From Candidatus Omnitrophota bacterium (lineage in GTDB: Bacteria; Omnitrophota; Gorgyraeia; Gygaellales; Profunditerraquicolaceae), in assembly GCA_018825985.1 (NCBI GenBank), contig JAHKAP010000071.1, positions 7,556-71,555 on the forward strand: a stretch of DNA of 64,000 nucleotides, written 5' to 3'. The notes under the pieces are model-generated. The model had not been told where the DNA came from, ran no database searches, and saw nothing but the letters and a program-made list of their open reading frames with translations. Position 1 is the first letter of the stretch. The number at the start of each line of letters is the position of its first letter. Shown piece after piece: positions 19,682 through 29,282 of the stretch. A program made the translations under genes and the position numbers.

Positions 19682-20830
19682 TCAAACTCGCCTCTTACTA
19701 ATAACTTCATTATAAAGTTCTACAGTCCTGGCGGCAACCTTATCATAACTGAATTCATTAGTATATTCCTTAACACCAGCAATAAGTTTGGCTATACGGC
19801 CGGCATCAGTCATTAACCTGTTTATTTTATCCAAAAGATCCTTATAATCTTCGTGACGGAAAAGCTCGAGGCAGTTGATCCGGGAATTGATCTCCTGATG
19901 GCTGTCTATATCTGATGCAATAATGGGTTTATTATAACCTATATATAAGCTTAATGCCCCTGAACCGTTCACAGATTTAAACGGAGCCAGGCATATATCC
20001 GTTGCTGCCATAACCAGCGGGATATCCTCAAGGCCAAGGTATCCGGTTATCTTTACCCTGTCTCCCAGCTGGCTTGCGGATATCTTCTTAAACAGGTTAT
20101 CGTAATATCCAAGGTTATCATATTTATCCGTCATCCTGCCTCCGGCAATCAACAAAACCACATTATCCGGTAATTCCCGCAATGAATCTAAAGCAGTACC
20201 ATAGTCTTTCCTATTGTTGATAAAACCAAAAATAGTCAGGACGAATTTGCCGTTTATGCCAAATTTGCTTTTCGCTTCATCTGACGGTAAACACTTATCC
20301 CCGTCAGATACGTACGGGATCCCATGCGGCATAACCGCCACTTTATCCTTATGGCCGATCAATCCTATTATTAAATCCGCCTGCTGCCTGGTATGCGCCA
20401 AGACCCTGTCGGAGAGATTATACATCCTCTTATGATTATTCAAGGAAAGCCTATTCCAGAAGAATAATGTCCGGTTAAACAATTCCCGCTTGATCCTGCT
20501 GGTAATATGCAGAGGAAGCGGTTTTGCCTCAATCCCTATTTCGTGTATAGTCATAACCAGGGGTACTTTTAAATATTTAGCAAATGTAAAAAATCTGTTA
20601 TTGTAGAGCATGCTTCCGTTAAAATACAGGTAGTTAAACTGGACATGACAGATATCCGCGTTATTCGCTTCTTTGGCCTTACCGGCATAATAATCGCTGT
20701 CGGCTATATAGCTATCCAGGCCAACATATATTAAATCAACGTATTTTTTAAGCCCTGCGCTTAGATACCCTGAATAATCGGAAATGCCGTCTTTTGGTTT
20801 ATCAAAAGCTGAACATAAAGAAACTTTCAT
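19682..20830 (-). CDS. Glycosyltransferase, GT1/GT4-like (GT-B)
   Basis: Rossmann-like C-terminal half (VLTIFGFINNRKDYGTALDSLRELPDNVVLLIAGG). The assignment is weak. Confidence 0.45.
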   Translation of the reverse strand: MKVSLCSAFDKPKDGISDYSGYLSAGLKKYVDLIYVGLDSYIADSDYYAGKAKEANNADICHVQFNYLYFNGSMLYNNRFFTFAKYLKVPLVMTIHEIGIEAKPLPLHITSRIKRELFNRTLFFWNRLSLNNHKRMYNLSDRVLAHTRQQADLIIGLIGHKDKVAVMPHGIPYVSDGDKCLPSDEAKSKFGINGKFVLTIFGFINNRKDYGTALDSLRELPDNVVLLIAGGRMTDKYDNLGYYDNLFKKISASQLGDRVKITGYLGLEDIPLVMAATDICLAPFKSVNGSGALSLYIGYNKPIIASDIDSHQEINSRINCLELFRHEDYKDLLDKINRLMTDAGRIAKLIAGVKEYTNEFSYDKVAARTVELYNEVISKRRV

Positions 20831-20831
20831 C

Positions 20832-21713
20832 TTAAGCTGACTTTTTTAAAGGCGTGGCGTGCAATATTTTATCGGTTAAATACTTAACCCTGTACCCATG
20901 AGAACTAAGGAAATCTACCGCCTCATATCTTCCGATATTTAAAGGTTCCATCCGGCCAAGGTTTTCTTCAAAAAAAATGTGCCTGATCCTTTTTTCTCTT
21001 AGCAACTTTTCCGCGCCAAAGATTACCCAGGTATCCGCTCCTTCAACGTCAATCTTCAGAACATCTATATACCCGGACCTATCAATAACGTTATAGATAC
21101 TATCCAGGCGCTCTACCTGAACCTCAACCTGTCTTTTGTCATCAGTAATAACCAGCCCTCCCCATCCGGTCTGCCCCGGTAAACCTAAAAAAAATCCGCA
21201 AACCCCATTTTCTTTTCCTAATGCCATCTCTTTTACTTGAATCCTCTGGTTAAACCCGTTCTTATTGATGTTAAATTTAAAGTGTGGTATGCATATCGGA
21301 GACGGTTCGAATGCGATAACCCGATTACCGGGATTAACCCCGGCCCAAAGACAGGAATAGTAACCAAAATTTGCTCCGGCATCCACCAATACTCCGCCTT
21401 TTTTAGCCAGTTTAGCGATAATCAAAGAAAGGGATAATTCATAGAAACCGGTAAGCGCGATCCAGCGATGACTGACATCAGTAGATATAAGCCCCAAACT
21501 TACCTTAGGCGCCAAGGCCAAACTGGCATTCCGGTATAAATATTGGAATTTATCCGCCCTCGCCCCGTAGTATCTATAGTAGAGCCTTTCCCTCATAGTT
21601 AAATACGGGATCCTCATTGGCCAAGGCCTAATTTGCAGATTATTATCCATTTTTCTTCCAGACCAAAAAAATAAAAGTGTATTTTTTACCGCGCCATTCA
21701 ATAACCGGATCAT
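20832..21713 (-). CDS. FkbM-family methyltransferase
   Basis: VLVDAGANFGYYS...VIAFEPSPICIPHF...VLKIDVEGADTWV. Confidence 0.7.
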   Translation of the reverse strand: MIRLLNGAVKNTLLFFWSGRKMDNNLQIRPWPMRIPYLTMRERLYYRYYGARADKFQYLYRNASLALAPKVSLGLISTDVSHRWIALTGFYELSLSLIIAKLAKKGGVLVDAGANFGYYSCLWAGVNPGNRVIAFEPSPICIPHFKFNINKNGFNQRIQVKEMALGKENGVCGFFLGLPGQTGWGGLVITDDKRQVEVQVERLDSIYNVIDRSGYIDVLKIDVEGADTWVIFGAEKLLREKRIRHIFFEENLGRMEPLNIGRYEAVDFLSSHGYRVKYLTDKILHATPLKKSA

Positions 21714-22356
21714 TACAATCTAAATCTACCGGTTCAATAAGCGATAGATTAGAATTACCCGCCTGGCTAATTAATTTTTCGATATCTTCTTTAGAAAGAA
21801 TATTCCAGGTTAAACCATAAGGCATGATTCCGGAAGTATCTACATATTCAGGCCAATAATCGCAAGAGGTAATTAAATGCCCTCCCGGTTTAAGGAGCCT
21901 CGCCATCTCCTGGCAATACAATTGAAGATCAATGCCGTGTTCTATGACCGAGATACTGGTAATAAAATCAAAGTAAGCCGAAGGATAATCGGTCTTTTGC
22001 AAATCCTGCCGGCTTAAACGTATAGGACCCCGGCCTAGAACCGATTTAAATAAATCCAATAAATTCTTCTTAAGCCAAAAGGTGTAAATTAAATGCCTGT
22101 ATTCAATACGCCTGATATCGCAGCCGTATAATCTTTTATACCCCTTAAAATAAAGCAATTCCAATATCCGGCATCCGTATGTCCCTACATCTAAAATTAC
22201 TGCTTTCTTATCTCCCTGGGCGACTATGAAATTAAATGCTTTCCAGAGATCCCAGGCCTTAGGGCCGATTTCACCAACCGCAAGTTTCAATTTTTTAAAC
22301 TCATTGCCGGCATCCGCATACTCTTTAGTTCCCAGTAAAACTGAATTAATCTTCAT
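21643..22356 (-). CDS. Putative SAM-dependent methyltransferase
   Basis: AVILDVGTYGCRILELL is glycine-rich and motif-I-like. The assignment is weak. It overlaps the downstream gene by about 70 bp. Confidence 0.4.
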   Translation of the reverse strand: MKINSVLLGTKEYADAGNEFKKLKLAVGEIGPKAWDLWKAFNFIVAQGDKKAVILDVGTYGCRILELLYFKGYKRLYGCDIRRIEYRHLIYTFWLKKNLLDLFKSVLGRGPIRLSRQDLQKTDYPSAYFDFITSISVIEHGIDLQLYCQEMARLLKPGGHLITSCDYWPEYVDTSGIMPYGLTWNILSKEDIEKLISQAGNSNLSLIEPVDLDCNDPVIEWRGKKYTFIFLVWKKNG

Positions 22357-22375
22357 CTGCCCAATTATTGGTTAT

Positions 22376-23476
22376 TTATTCACTTGAATGAGTTTTTATG
22401 CCTTCAATAAATGATTTTATGATTTGCGCGGTATAGCGATTCCCTAATTGATTCATATGGCTATCTGCCCTGTTCCAAAGCAATTTGTTCTCTTTAAGAT
22501 ATATATTTCTGGCAATCGGGTCAAGTTTAGCCTCTAAATCTAAAAAGGGTATATTATTCTCTTCAGCTGCTCTCTGGAGAGTTTTTAAATTTACCCGCAT
22601 TGAAACTGTTGCGGAATTTATACTTTTATTAATCAGCCATTCGTATTGTTGAGGCTTTGTAGGAAAAGCTGCCATCGCCAGTACACAGTTATTGTTAGCT
22701 GCGACTTCCTGAATTCTTTTTAAAGCCCAGGTTAATTTTAAATATTCATTATGGGAAAATTTAACCTCCCGATACAAACCCTCTAAATCCGGCAGATAGA
22801 ATAATTCATCTCTTGGCCCGATATTGATTACCTTGATTAATGGATTGTAGATATTTTCAAATTGGTATCCCAAATAATAGAAGAGCTTAGTCATTGGGGT
22901 ACGCAGCAATTTATGAAAATCAAAAATCGCGTTCCTATAAGCACGGATGCCTTCCTCTAAATCCCCCAGGTTCTTAAAATCTCTGGTCTTACGCTCGGTA
23001 AGGTCAGCCCATAATAATATCGCTTTTTTATTTTTATTAATCTGGGTGTAATCGGCAATGAGCGGTATAGAATTAGCCAACGGATAATCGGCCGGCGCAT
23101 TCAACACCGATTTGCAAATCTTAAATCCATAGTCAAGTTTTAACATTTCAACCCAACCAGTCTCTCCTACGCTTGAGCCAAAAACAATAATATCATAAGG
23201 GCCATGCCTGGCCATTTCTTTAACTGAACTATACATCTGAAAATTATATCTTTTATCAAAAGGGGTATTGACTGCCAAACCGTTTAATTTCAGGTGGCGA
23301 AATATACTTTCAGCTATAAACAAGTCCCCCTCTCCCATACGGCAGGATTTAAAAATATGCAGTAAGCCGAGTGAACCCAGTTCTAATAAAAATATTAAGA
23401 ATACCGCTAGGGTAGCGGCTTTAGGAAGCCGCTTAAAACTGAAAGTAAATGAATTCCCTGCCATCTCTAGCTCCAT
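22376..23476 (-). CDS. Hypothetical membrane-anchored protein. Possibly an AlgJ/DltD-like partner of the adjacent MBOAT O-acyltransferase.
   Basis: N-terminal signal anchor (LAVFLIFLLELGSLGLL). It lies immediately downstream of the MBOAT gene. No catalytic motif was recognised. Confidence 0.3.
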   Translation of the reverse strand: MELEMAGNSFTFSFKRLPKAATLAVFLIFLLELGSLGLLHIFKSCRMGEGDLFIAESIFRHLKLNGLAVNTPFDKRYNFQMYSSVKEMARHGPYDIIVFGSSVGETGWVEMLKLDYGFKICKSVLNAPADYPLANSIPLIADYTQINKNKKAILLWADLTERKTRDFKNLGDLEEGIRAYRNAIFDFHKLLRTPMTKLFYYLGYQFENIYNPLIKVINIGPRDELFYLPDLEGLYREVKFSHNEYLKLTWALKRIQEVAANNNCVLAMAAFPTKPQQYEWLINKSINSATVSMRVNLKTLQRAAEENNIPFLDLEAKLDPIARNIYLKENKLLWNRADSHMNQLGNRYTAQIIKSFIEGIKTHSSE

Positions 23477-24857
23477 ATATCAAAAGTGAAAAATAAAGAA
23501 TTACGTAAATTACCGAACGCACCCAGACTGGAAATTCAAAAAGCGCTTTAAGGTTATTCCTTTTATAGCAGAAAAACTCGATAAATAACAATAACCAAAC
23601 AGATGATATTAAAGTCTTCAAACCGAATCCGGATGTAAAATTAAAATTTAAAAAAATCGCTTTAGTCATTTCATAAACCTGGGCCAGGGATTGGGCCCTA
23701 AACAAAAGCCAGCCAAAACATACTACATGGAAAAAAAACAATATTCTGATTATGAGCCAGCATTTTCGCGGTAGATCGCTATTAAAGCTAAAGCGCCATT
23801 TGAACAACTCATTGAACAATTTGTGTGCCATCAATAATAAACCATGATAAGCGCCCCAGGCCACGAATGTCCAGTTGGCCCCGTGCCACAAACCACCCAA
23901 GAACATAGTAAGCCCGAGGTTACGATAAGTATTAAATCTTCCTTTTCGATTCCCGCCTAGGGGAATATAAAGATAATCCCTGAGCCAGGTGGACAAACTG
24001 ATATGCCATCTCCTCCAAAAATCAGTCGGGTTCCGGGCAAAATACGGCAGATTAAAATTGACCATTATCTCAAAACCCATACACTTGCCTAAACCCCTGG
24101 CTATACTGGAATAACCGGCAAAATCCCCGTAGATCTGAAAAGCAAAGGCATAAACAGCGATCAAAACAGCAAACCCGTTATAAGGGGGGTGCGCAGAAAA
24201 AACCGGCTCAACTATTTTTGCCAGGTTATCAGCAATAAAGATCTTTAAGAAAAGCCCCCAAAAGATCAAATAGCAACCTTCGAAAAACTTTTCCCGGTTT
24301 AATATCCTGGGCTGAATAACCTGGGGAAGAAGGTGGGTTCCCCGCTCAATCGGCCCGGCAACCAGCTGGGGAAAATACGTAACATATAAAGCAAAATCCA
24401 ATAAGTTTTTTACCGGTTTTAACTGTTTACGGTATACATCAATAGTATAACTCATGCTTTGAAAGGTATAAAACGATATGCCCACGGGCAGGATAATATT
24501 AAGCAGCGACGGGTGAACATTAAAACCAAACAGATTGAGAAAATCCCTAAAACTGGCAGCAAAAAAATTAAAGTATTTAAAAAAACCTAATATGCCTAAG
24601 TTAGCAAAAATACTAAAAGCCAGAAAATATTTCCTCTTCTTAAAGTTTTCAGCAGCCTCAATTTTAAGAGCTACAAAATAATCAACGATTATGGTTATAA
24701 AAAGAAGTGATAAAAACCGCCAATCCCAGGAGCCGTAAAATATCACGCTGGCAATTAAGAGCATCCGGTTTTGGGCTTTCAGCTTAGACCTAAGCAGGAT
24801 ATAAAGACAGTAAACAATGATAAAAAATATTAAGAATACCTGAGAATTAAACAGCAT
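23433..24857 (-). CDS. MBOAT-family membrane O-acyltransferase (AlgI/DltB-like)
   Basis: WRRWHISLSTWLRDYLYIPLGG...FLGGLWHGANWTFVAWGAYHG contains the conserved MBOAT histidine. The start was moved to M27 (MLFNSQVFL). This is the typical MBOAT N-terminus and removes the overlap with the upstream GT4. Confidence 0.85.
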   Translation of the reverse strand: MLFNSQVFLIFFIIVYCLYILLRSKLKAQNRMLLIASVIFYGSWDWRFLSLLFITIIVDYFVALKIEAAENFKKRKYFLAFSIFANLGILGFFKYFNFFAASFRDFLNLFGFNVHPSLLNIILPVGISFYTFQSMSYTIDVYRKQLKPVKNLLDFALYVTYFPQLVAGPIERGTHLLPQVIQPRILNREKFFEGCYLIFWGLFLKIFIADNLAKIVEPVFSAHPPYNGFAVLIAVYAFAFQIYGDFAGYSSIARGLGKCMGFEIMVNFNLPYFARNPTDFWRRWHISLSTWLRDYLYIPLGGNRKGRFNTYRNLGLTMFLGGLWHGANWTFVAWGAYHGLLLMAHKLFNELFKWRFSFNSDLPRKCWLIIRILFFFHVVCFGWLLFRAQSLAQVYEMTKAIFLNFNFTSGFGLKTLISSVWLLLFIEFFCYKRNNLKALFEFPVWVRSVIYVILYFSLLIYGARDGREFIYFQF

Positions 24858-24858
24858 T

Positions 24859-26004
24859 TTAAGCCTTAACCTCCTTATATACCGCCAGCGTATTTTCCGC
24901 GGTCTTCTTCCAGGTAAAATCATTTGCTCGGGCAAAGCCCTTGCTCTTTAGATCCTGGCGCAATCCTTGATCAGAGATCAGTTTTGATAAAACCGAAGAT
25001 ATTTCACCTGGATCAGCAGGATTAAAAAAAAGCGCTGCGTCATGGGCTACTTCAGGCATGCCTCCGCAACTTGAAACAGCTACCGGAACACCACAAGCCA
25101 TTGCCTCTATTATGGGAATGCCAAAACCCTCGTAGAAAGAAGGTAAAACAAAAACTAAGGCCCTGTTGTAGATAAATGGGAGTTCTGAGTGCGGGATAAA
25201 ATCCGTAAAAATAACCCCGGAACCCAAACCTAACTCTTCGGATTCCTGGATTATCTTTCGATAGGCTATATCGATCTTACCCGCCAGGACCAAACACACA
25301 TCTTCCGCTTGAGCCTGAAGCCGGATATTAGCAAAAGCCCTTAATAACCCGGAAAGGTTTTTATTCTTCTCGGCTGCTCCTACATAAAGGATATATCTTT
25401 TCCCTGATAGCCCATATTTTTTTAATACTGCCTCAATCTTTAATTTATCCTCCATAAGTTTAAAATCATCACTAACACCGTAATAAACCACTTTGATTTT
25501 ATCTTCCGGTATTTTAACTTTCCCCATTAAATCTTTTTTGACATTCTCAGAGACCGCTATCACCTGGTCCGCTCTTTTAGCGATAATCTGATACCATTGA
25601 TTTATTTTTCTAACATCAAATGCCTCCCACATCTTCGCCGGATCACCTGCGCCGTTAAATGTCGCGATCATCAAGGCTCTCGAAGGTATCGGGGTATAGT
25701 GGGTAAAATTAAAGTTAAAGGGACTGTGAAAAACATCAACTCCTCCGATCAGATATTCTATCGGAGGAAAATTTAAACCTGGCCAAGAAGATCTTAATAC
25801 CCTGCCAGGGATCCTGCACCAGATTTGCTTTAAATTAGTCTCTCTTTCGGGAAAGGCAAAACTCCCTTTTTTAAAACCATTATAAAAAAGCACGTATTCA
25901 TTATCCTGGTCTATCTCTAATAAGTTTTTTACCAGGTAATACAAATACTGCCCCTGCCCGCGCATTTCACCTTGTAATACCCTGGCATCGATTCCAATAC
26001 GCAT
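24859..26004 (-). CDS. Glycosyltransferase family 4
   Basis: The N-terminus MRIGIDARVL..GQGQYLYYL and C-terminus FYEGFGIPIIEAMACGVPV are GT4 features. Confidence 0.75.
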   Translation of the reverse strand: MRIGIDARVLQGEMRGQGQYLYYLVKNLLEIDQDNEYVLFYNGFKKGSFAFPERETNLKQIWCRIPGRVLRSSWPGLNFPPIEYLIGGVDVFHSPFNFNFTHYTPIPSRALMIATFNGAGDPAKMWEAFDVRKINQWYQIIAKRADQVIAVSENVKKDLMGKVKIPEDKIKVVYYGVSDDFKLMEDKLKIEAVLKKYGLSGKRYILYVGAAEKNKNLSGLLRAFANIRLQAQAEDVCLVLAGKIDIAYRKIIQESEELGLGSGVIFTDFIPHSELPFIYNRALVFVLPSFYEGFGIPIIEAMACGVPVAVSSCGGMPEVAHDAALFFNPADPGEISSVLSKLISDQGLRQDLKSKGFARANDFTWKKTAENTLAVYKEVKA

Positions 26005-26008
26005 TTTT

Positions 26009-26998
26009 TTATCGCCTAAAGAATAACGTTCTGATAATTAAGACCCAAAGGTATGCCACATTTAAACCGCTGGGGTTATTTTTAAATTTCTCGGGCATAG
26101 CCATCCGGTTATCCCTTTCGCACCCCATCAGTCCTGACCATAAGCCGTCTAATACCGCGCCTGCCGCTTCGGGATTAGCCAGCCCGGAAAGCTCAGCTGA
26201 TTTTTTCAAGGCTGAATTTAAATAATAAAAACTAAACTGGATTTTTCTTAAAACCCCGCTGTGCTTACGGATAAAATAAAGCCGGTTTCGGATTAAATAA
26301 AAATACACGGTTGGAGAATAGGCGCCGCCAGAGGACTGTAAACCCTTATGAAATACCAAAACCTTGGGATAAAGCTTAGGCCTAAATCCATTTTTTTTAC
26401 ACCTGAAACTCCAGTCAATGTCCTCGTAATAAGCGAAATATCTCTCATCCAGTAAGCCTGATTTTTCAACGGCCTCAGGCTTAAAAAAAACCGCGCAACC
26501 GCTGGCGTAATCGATATCCAACAATCCCTTAGCCGATAAAACATCTTCGCTCTTATACTGGGCGAAATAACCGCCGTTGCCTAAGTCAATTTTTGCGCCT
26601 AAGAAATTAAGCCGCCGACGGTCCTGGTAAAAAGCGATTAACGGGCTGAGGATAATTTTACCGGTAAATGTATCCATTGCTACCTTGAGCTCATTGAGAA
26701 TAGAAGGCTCTACGATAGTATCATTATTTAAGATTAATAAATACTCTGCCCCGCGCTTTAAGGCATAGCTGATCCCGATATTATTGCCCCGGCAAAACCC
26801 CGTATTCTCCTTATTTTCAATTATTATTGTTTTGTTAAAACGCTCTCTTATGGCCTCAAGAGAACCATCAACGGATCCGTTGTCAACAACTATAACCTCA
26901 AAATTAGAGTAATCAATTCTCTCAACCGAAGCCAAACATTCCAAAAGATCATTTTTCCCGTTCCAATTCAGGATTACTATGATTACTTTTGATTCCAT
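26009..26998 (-). CDS. Glycosyltransferase family 2
   Basis: VIIVILNWNGKNDLLECLASV...VIVVDNGSVDGS. Confidence 0.75.
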   Translation of the reverse strand: MESKVIIVILNWNGKNDLLECLASVERIDYSNFEVIVVDNGSVDGSLEAIRERFNKTIIIENKENTGFCRGNNIGISYALKRGAEYLLILNNDTIVEPSILNELKVAMDTFTGKIILSPLIAFYQDRRRLNFLGAKIDLGNGGYFAQYKSEDVLSAKGLLDIDYASGCAVFFKPEAVEKSGLLDERYFAYYEDIDWSFRCKKNGFRPKLYPKVLVFHKGLQSSGGAYSPTVYFYLIRNRLYFIRKHSGVLRKIQFSFYYLNSALKKSAELSGLANPEAAGAVLDGLWSGLMGCERDNRMAMPEKFKNNPSGLNVAYLWVLIIRTLFFRR

Positions 26999-27660
26999 TA
27001 TTTAGAAAGTAATAATAAATCAATAACTTTGTGGAAATAATATCTTAGATCCTCCCTTAATCCCATAATTTTTACCTTCCAACGGCAAGAAATATCATCG
27101 GGTATTTCTATAATCCTGCGACCGCGAATTATCGAATATAAATCAAAATTAGCGATATCTTTCTCGATGAAATTATCAGGTTTTACGCACTTGATAAATG
27201 CGCCTTTATAGTTGGCTTTTTCTAAATTTTCGATTTTAAAATCGCCAAATATATACTCCATATCTTTTAGCTCATACCTCCAGTAGTCATAGGGAAACCC
27301 ATGGTACGCAAAACCGATAGAGCATGTAGTAATCAGGATTGTGCCGCCCGGTTTACATACTGTCTTCATATTATGAATCGCCTGCCTCCATTCCCGGACA
27401 TGCTCCAAAAGCTCGGTAGACACCACCAGCTCAAAACTGTTTTCGCCGAATCTAGATATCAGGCTTGTCACGTCGCATTTTATATCTACCCCTGGGCCTT
27501 CGCTTATGTCAACGCCGATATATTCTTTAGGGTTATACTTTTCAATCAATGGCCTAATGCTTCCGTTTACATTATACGAACCGACCTCCAGCACCCTCTT
27601 GCCATAGATTTCCTGGCTTCCGAGATTTATTGCCGCAAAAAGAATGCAATCACCGGTCAT
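26998..27660 (-). CDS. Class I SAM-dependent methyltransferase
   Basis: RVLEVGSYNVNGS...IGVDISEG...KPGGTILITT are motifs I, II and post-I. Confidence 0.5.
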   Translation of the reverse strand: MTGDCILFAAINLGSQEIYGKRVLEVGSYNVNGSIRPLIEKYNPKEYIGVDISEGPGVDIKCDVTSLISRFGENSFELVVSTELLEHVREWRQAIHNMKTVCKPGGTILITTCSIGFAYHGFPYDYWRYELKDMEYIFGDFKIENLEKANYKGAFIKCVKPDNFIEKDIANFDLYSIIRGRRIIEIPDDISCRWKVKIMGLREDLRYYFHKVIDLLLLSK

Positions 27661-27662
27661 AA

Positions 27663-29282
27663 TTAACTCCTCCTACCCCTGGGTAGTAAAAATTTAATCA
27701 TACTGTAAACTTTGGGAAACTTCAGCTCTATGAATTCACTATCATAAACATCAAGCAGTCGGGCAAAATATATTATCCCCAAATAAACTCCGTTAAAAAT
27801 CAAAGCTTGAATAAATAATAAAATCATGGCGCTAAAACGGCTCAAATCTAAATTAAATAACATCAATATTTTATCTGTGCCGTAGATAACCATCCCGGCA
27901 AAAATAGCCGACAATAAATACGGTGTAACCGCACCGAAAATCCTCCAAACCGGGACTTTAAGGCTCTTATGCAGCCTTACCATAAAATAAAATGCTCCGA
28001 TATTAACTGCCAAAGCTGTTCCCCAGGCTGCGCCGTAAAAACCAAATTTCTTTATTAAAACTATGCTTAAGGTTATATTTAAAAGGGTTATTAATACCGC
28101 GGGGGCGGCTAATAATTGAGGCTTATTGATAGCAATGCTCAACGATTCAGCTGACTGGACTATGGTCCGGAACATCCAGGCTATTGCCAATATTTGAATA
28201 ATTAAACTGGCTTTTTCATATCCTAATCCCATCCACATAAACATAATCCGCGAGCTAGCTACGAACAAAAAAATAAATACAGGAATAACGACCATAGCAA
28301 GATATTTGGTGCTTTTCAGGTAGGCCTTGATCAAAGTGGCTATTTCGCCTTTGGCCTCTAACTCGGAAAAAACCGGCATTAAGGCCGAACCCAACAGAGA
28401 AGATAGTATTATAGCGCAGTTTATTATGTAGCTTCCCAATTGATAAAAAGTAACTAAACCTAAGGATAAAAAATTAGCCAGGATAATTTTATCAGTCTGG
28501 TTTGAGACTACTCCTGAAACCTTAGCTATCTGTATCTTCCAGCCAAAATTGAATAATTTCCTGAACATCTCTTTGTTAAATCTAAAAATGTTAAATTTAA
28601 ATTCAGGAAATATTTTATAGCAGGCGGCGATGGTGACCAGGGCGCTGATAATAAAAATAATTATGTTATTAACCATCAGGCCTGGCAGGCCGTAGCCTTT
28701 TTCCAAAAAGAATATTGTGCCCAGTATGTTAGGTATCGAAACCAAAATAGCCAGTTTGTTAGCCAGGGCCATCCGCTGCAAACCAAAAACAACAGCGCCG
28801 ACGGAACCGATAGCGTTGGTAGCCAGAAAAAGAATTATTCCTGTTAAAAAAACAAATTTTGCTTCGCCTAAAAGCTCAAGCGGGACTTTAAACAGGCCGA
28901 GAAGCGGATTAATAAAAATAAGGGTAAGGGTAATAATAAATATTGCGAATAAGAGGTAAAAAATAATTCCGCAATTAACTACATCGTTGATTTTCGAGTA
29001 CTCTTTTTTAGTGTAGAATTCGGCAATATATTTTACAAAAGACAATCCTATCCCAAAATCAAGCAGGCCGAAATAACCGGTTATAATAGCGACGATTGCC
29101 CAAACGCCGAATCTCTCGACGCCGATGTGTTGAATTATATAGGGGGTTAAAAAAATAGTGACCAGAACACCCCAGAACTTACCATAAATATTATAAAGGG
29201 TATTCCTGACTAATTTCTTAGATAGACTGTTATTTTCAGGTAACATCAATGCTGTCATATTTAACATTCTCCTGTATAACAA
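27663..29282 (-). CDS. Wzx-like oligosaccharide flippase (polysaccharide biosynthesis protein, MOP superfamily)
   Basis: 539 aa with about 14 TM helices. The N-terminal region is typical of PST-family flippases. It is adjacent to the Wzy-like gene. Confidence 0.7.
   Translation of the reverse strand: MLYRRMLNMTALMLPENNSLSKKLVRNTLYNIYGKFWGVLVTIFLTPYIIQHIGVERFGVWAIVAIITGYFGLLDFGIGLSFVKYIAEFYTKKEYSKINDVVNCGIIFYLLFAIFIITLTLIFINPLLGLFKVPLELLGEAKFVFLTGIILFLATNAIGSVGAVVFGLQRMALANKLAILVSIPNILGTIFFLEKGYGLPGLMVNNIIIFIISALVTIAACYKIFPEFKFNIFRFNKEMFRKLFNFGWKIQIAKVSGVVSNQTDKIILANFLSLGLVTFYQLGSYIINCAIILSSLLGSALMPVFSELEAKGEIATLIKAYLKSTKYLAMVVIPVFIFLFVASSRIMFMWMGLGYEKASLIIQILAIAWMFRTIVQSAESLSIAINKPQLLAAPAVLITLLNITLSIVLIKKFGFYGAAWGTALAVNIGAFYFMVRLHKSLKVPVWRIFGAVTPYLLSAIFAGMVIYGTDKILMLFNLDLSRFSAMILLFIQALIFNGVYLGIIYFARLLDVYDSEFIELKFPKVYSMIKFLLPRGRRS

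Noticed and set aside
24858-24935. Upstream extension of the MBOAT ORF (MPEQMILPGRRPRKIRWRYIRRLRLK)
   Set aside because: It overlaps the 3-prime end of the upstream GT4 by 77 bp and is Arg-rich. The internal Met gives the typical MBOAT start MLFNSxxFL directly after the GT4 stop codon.
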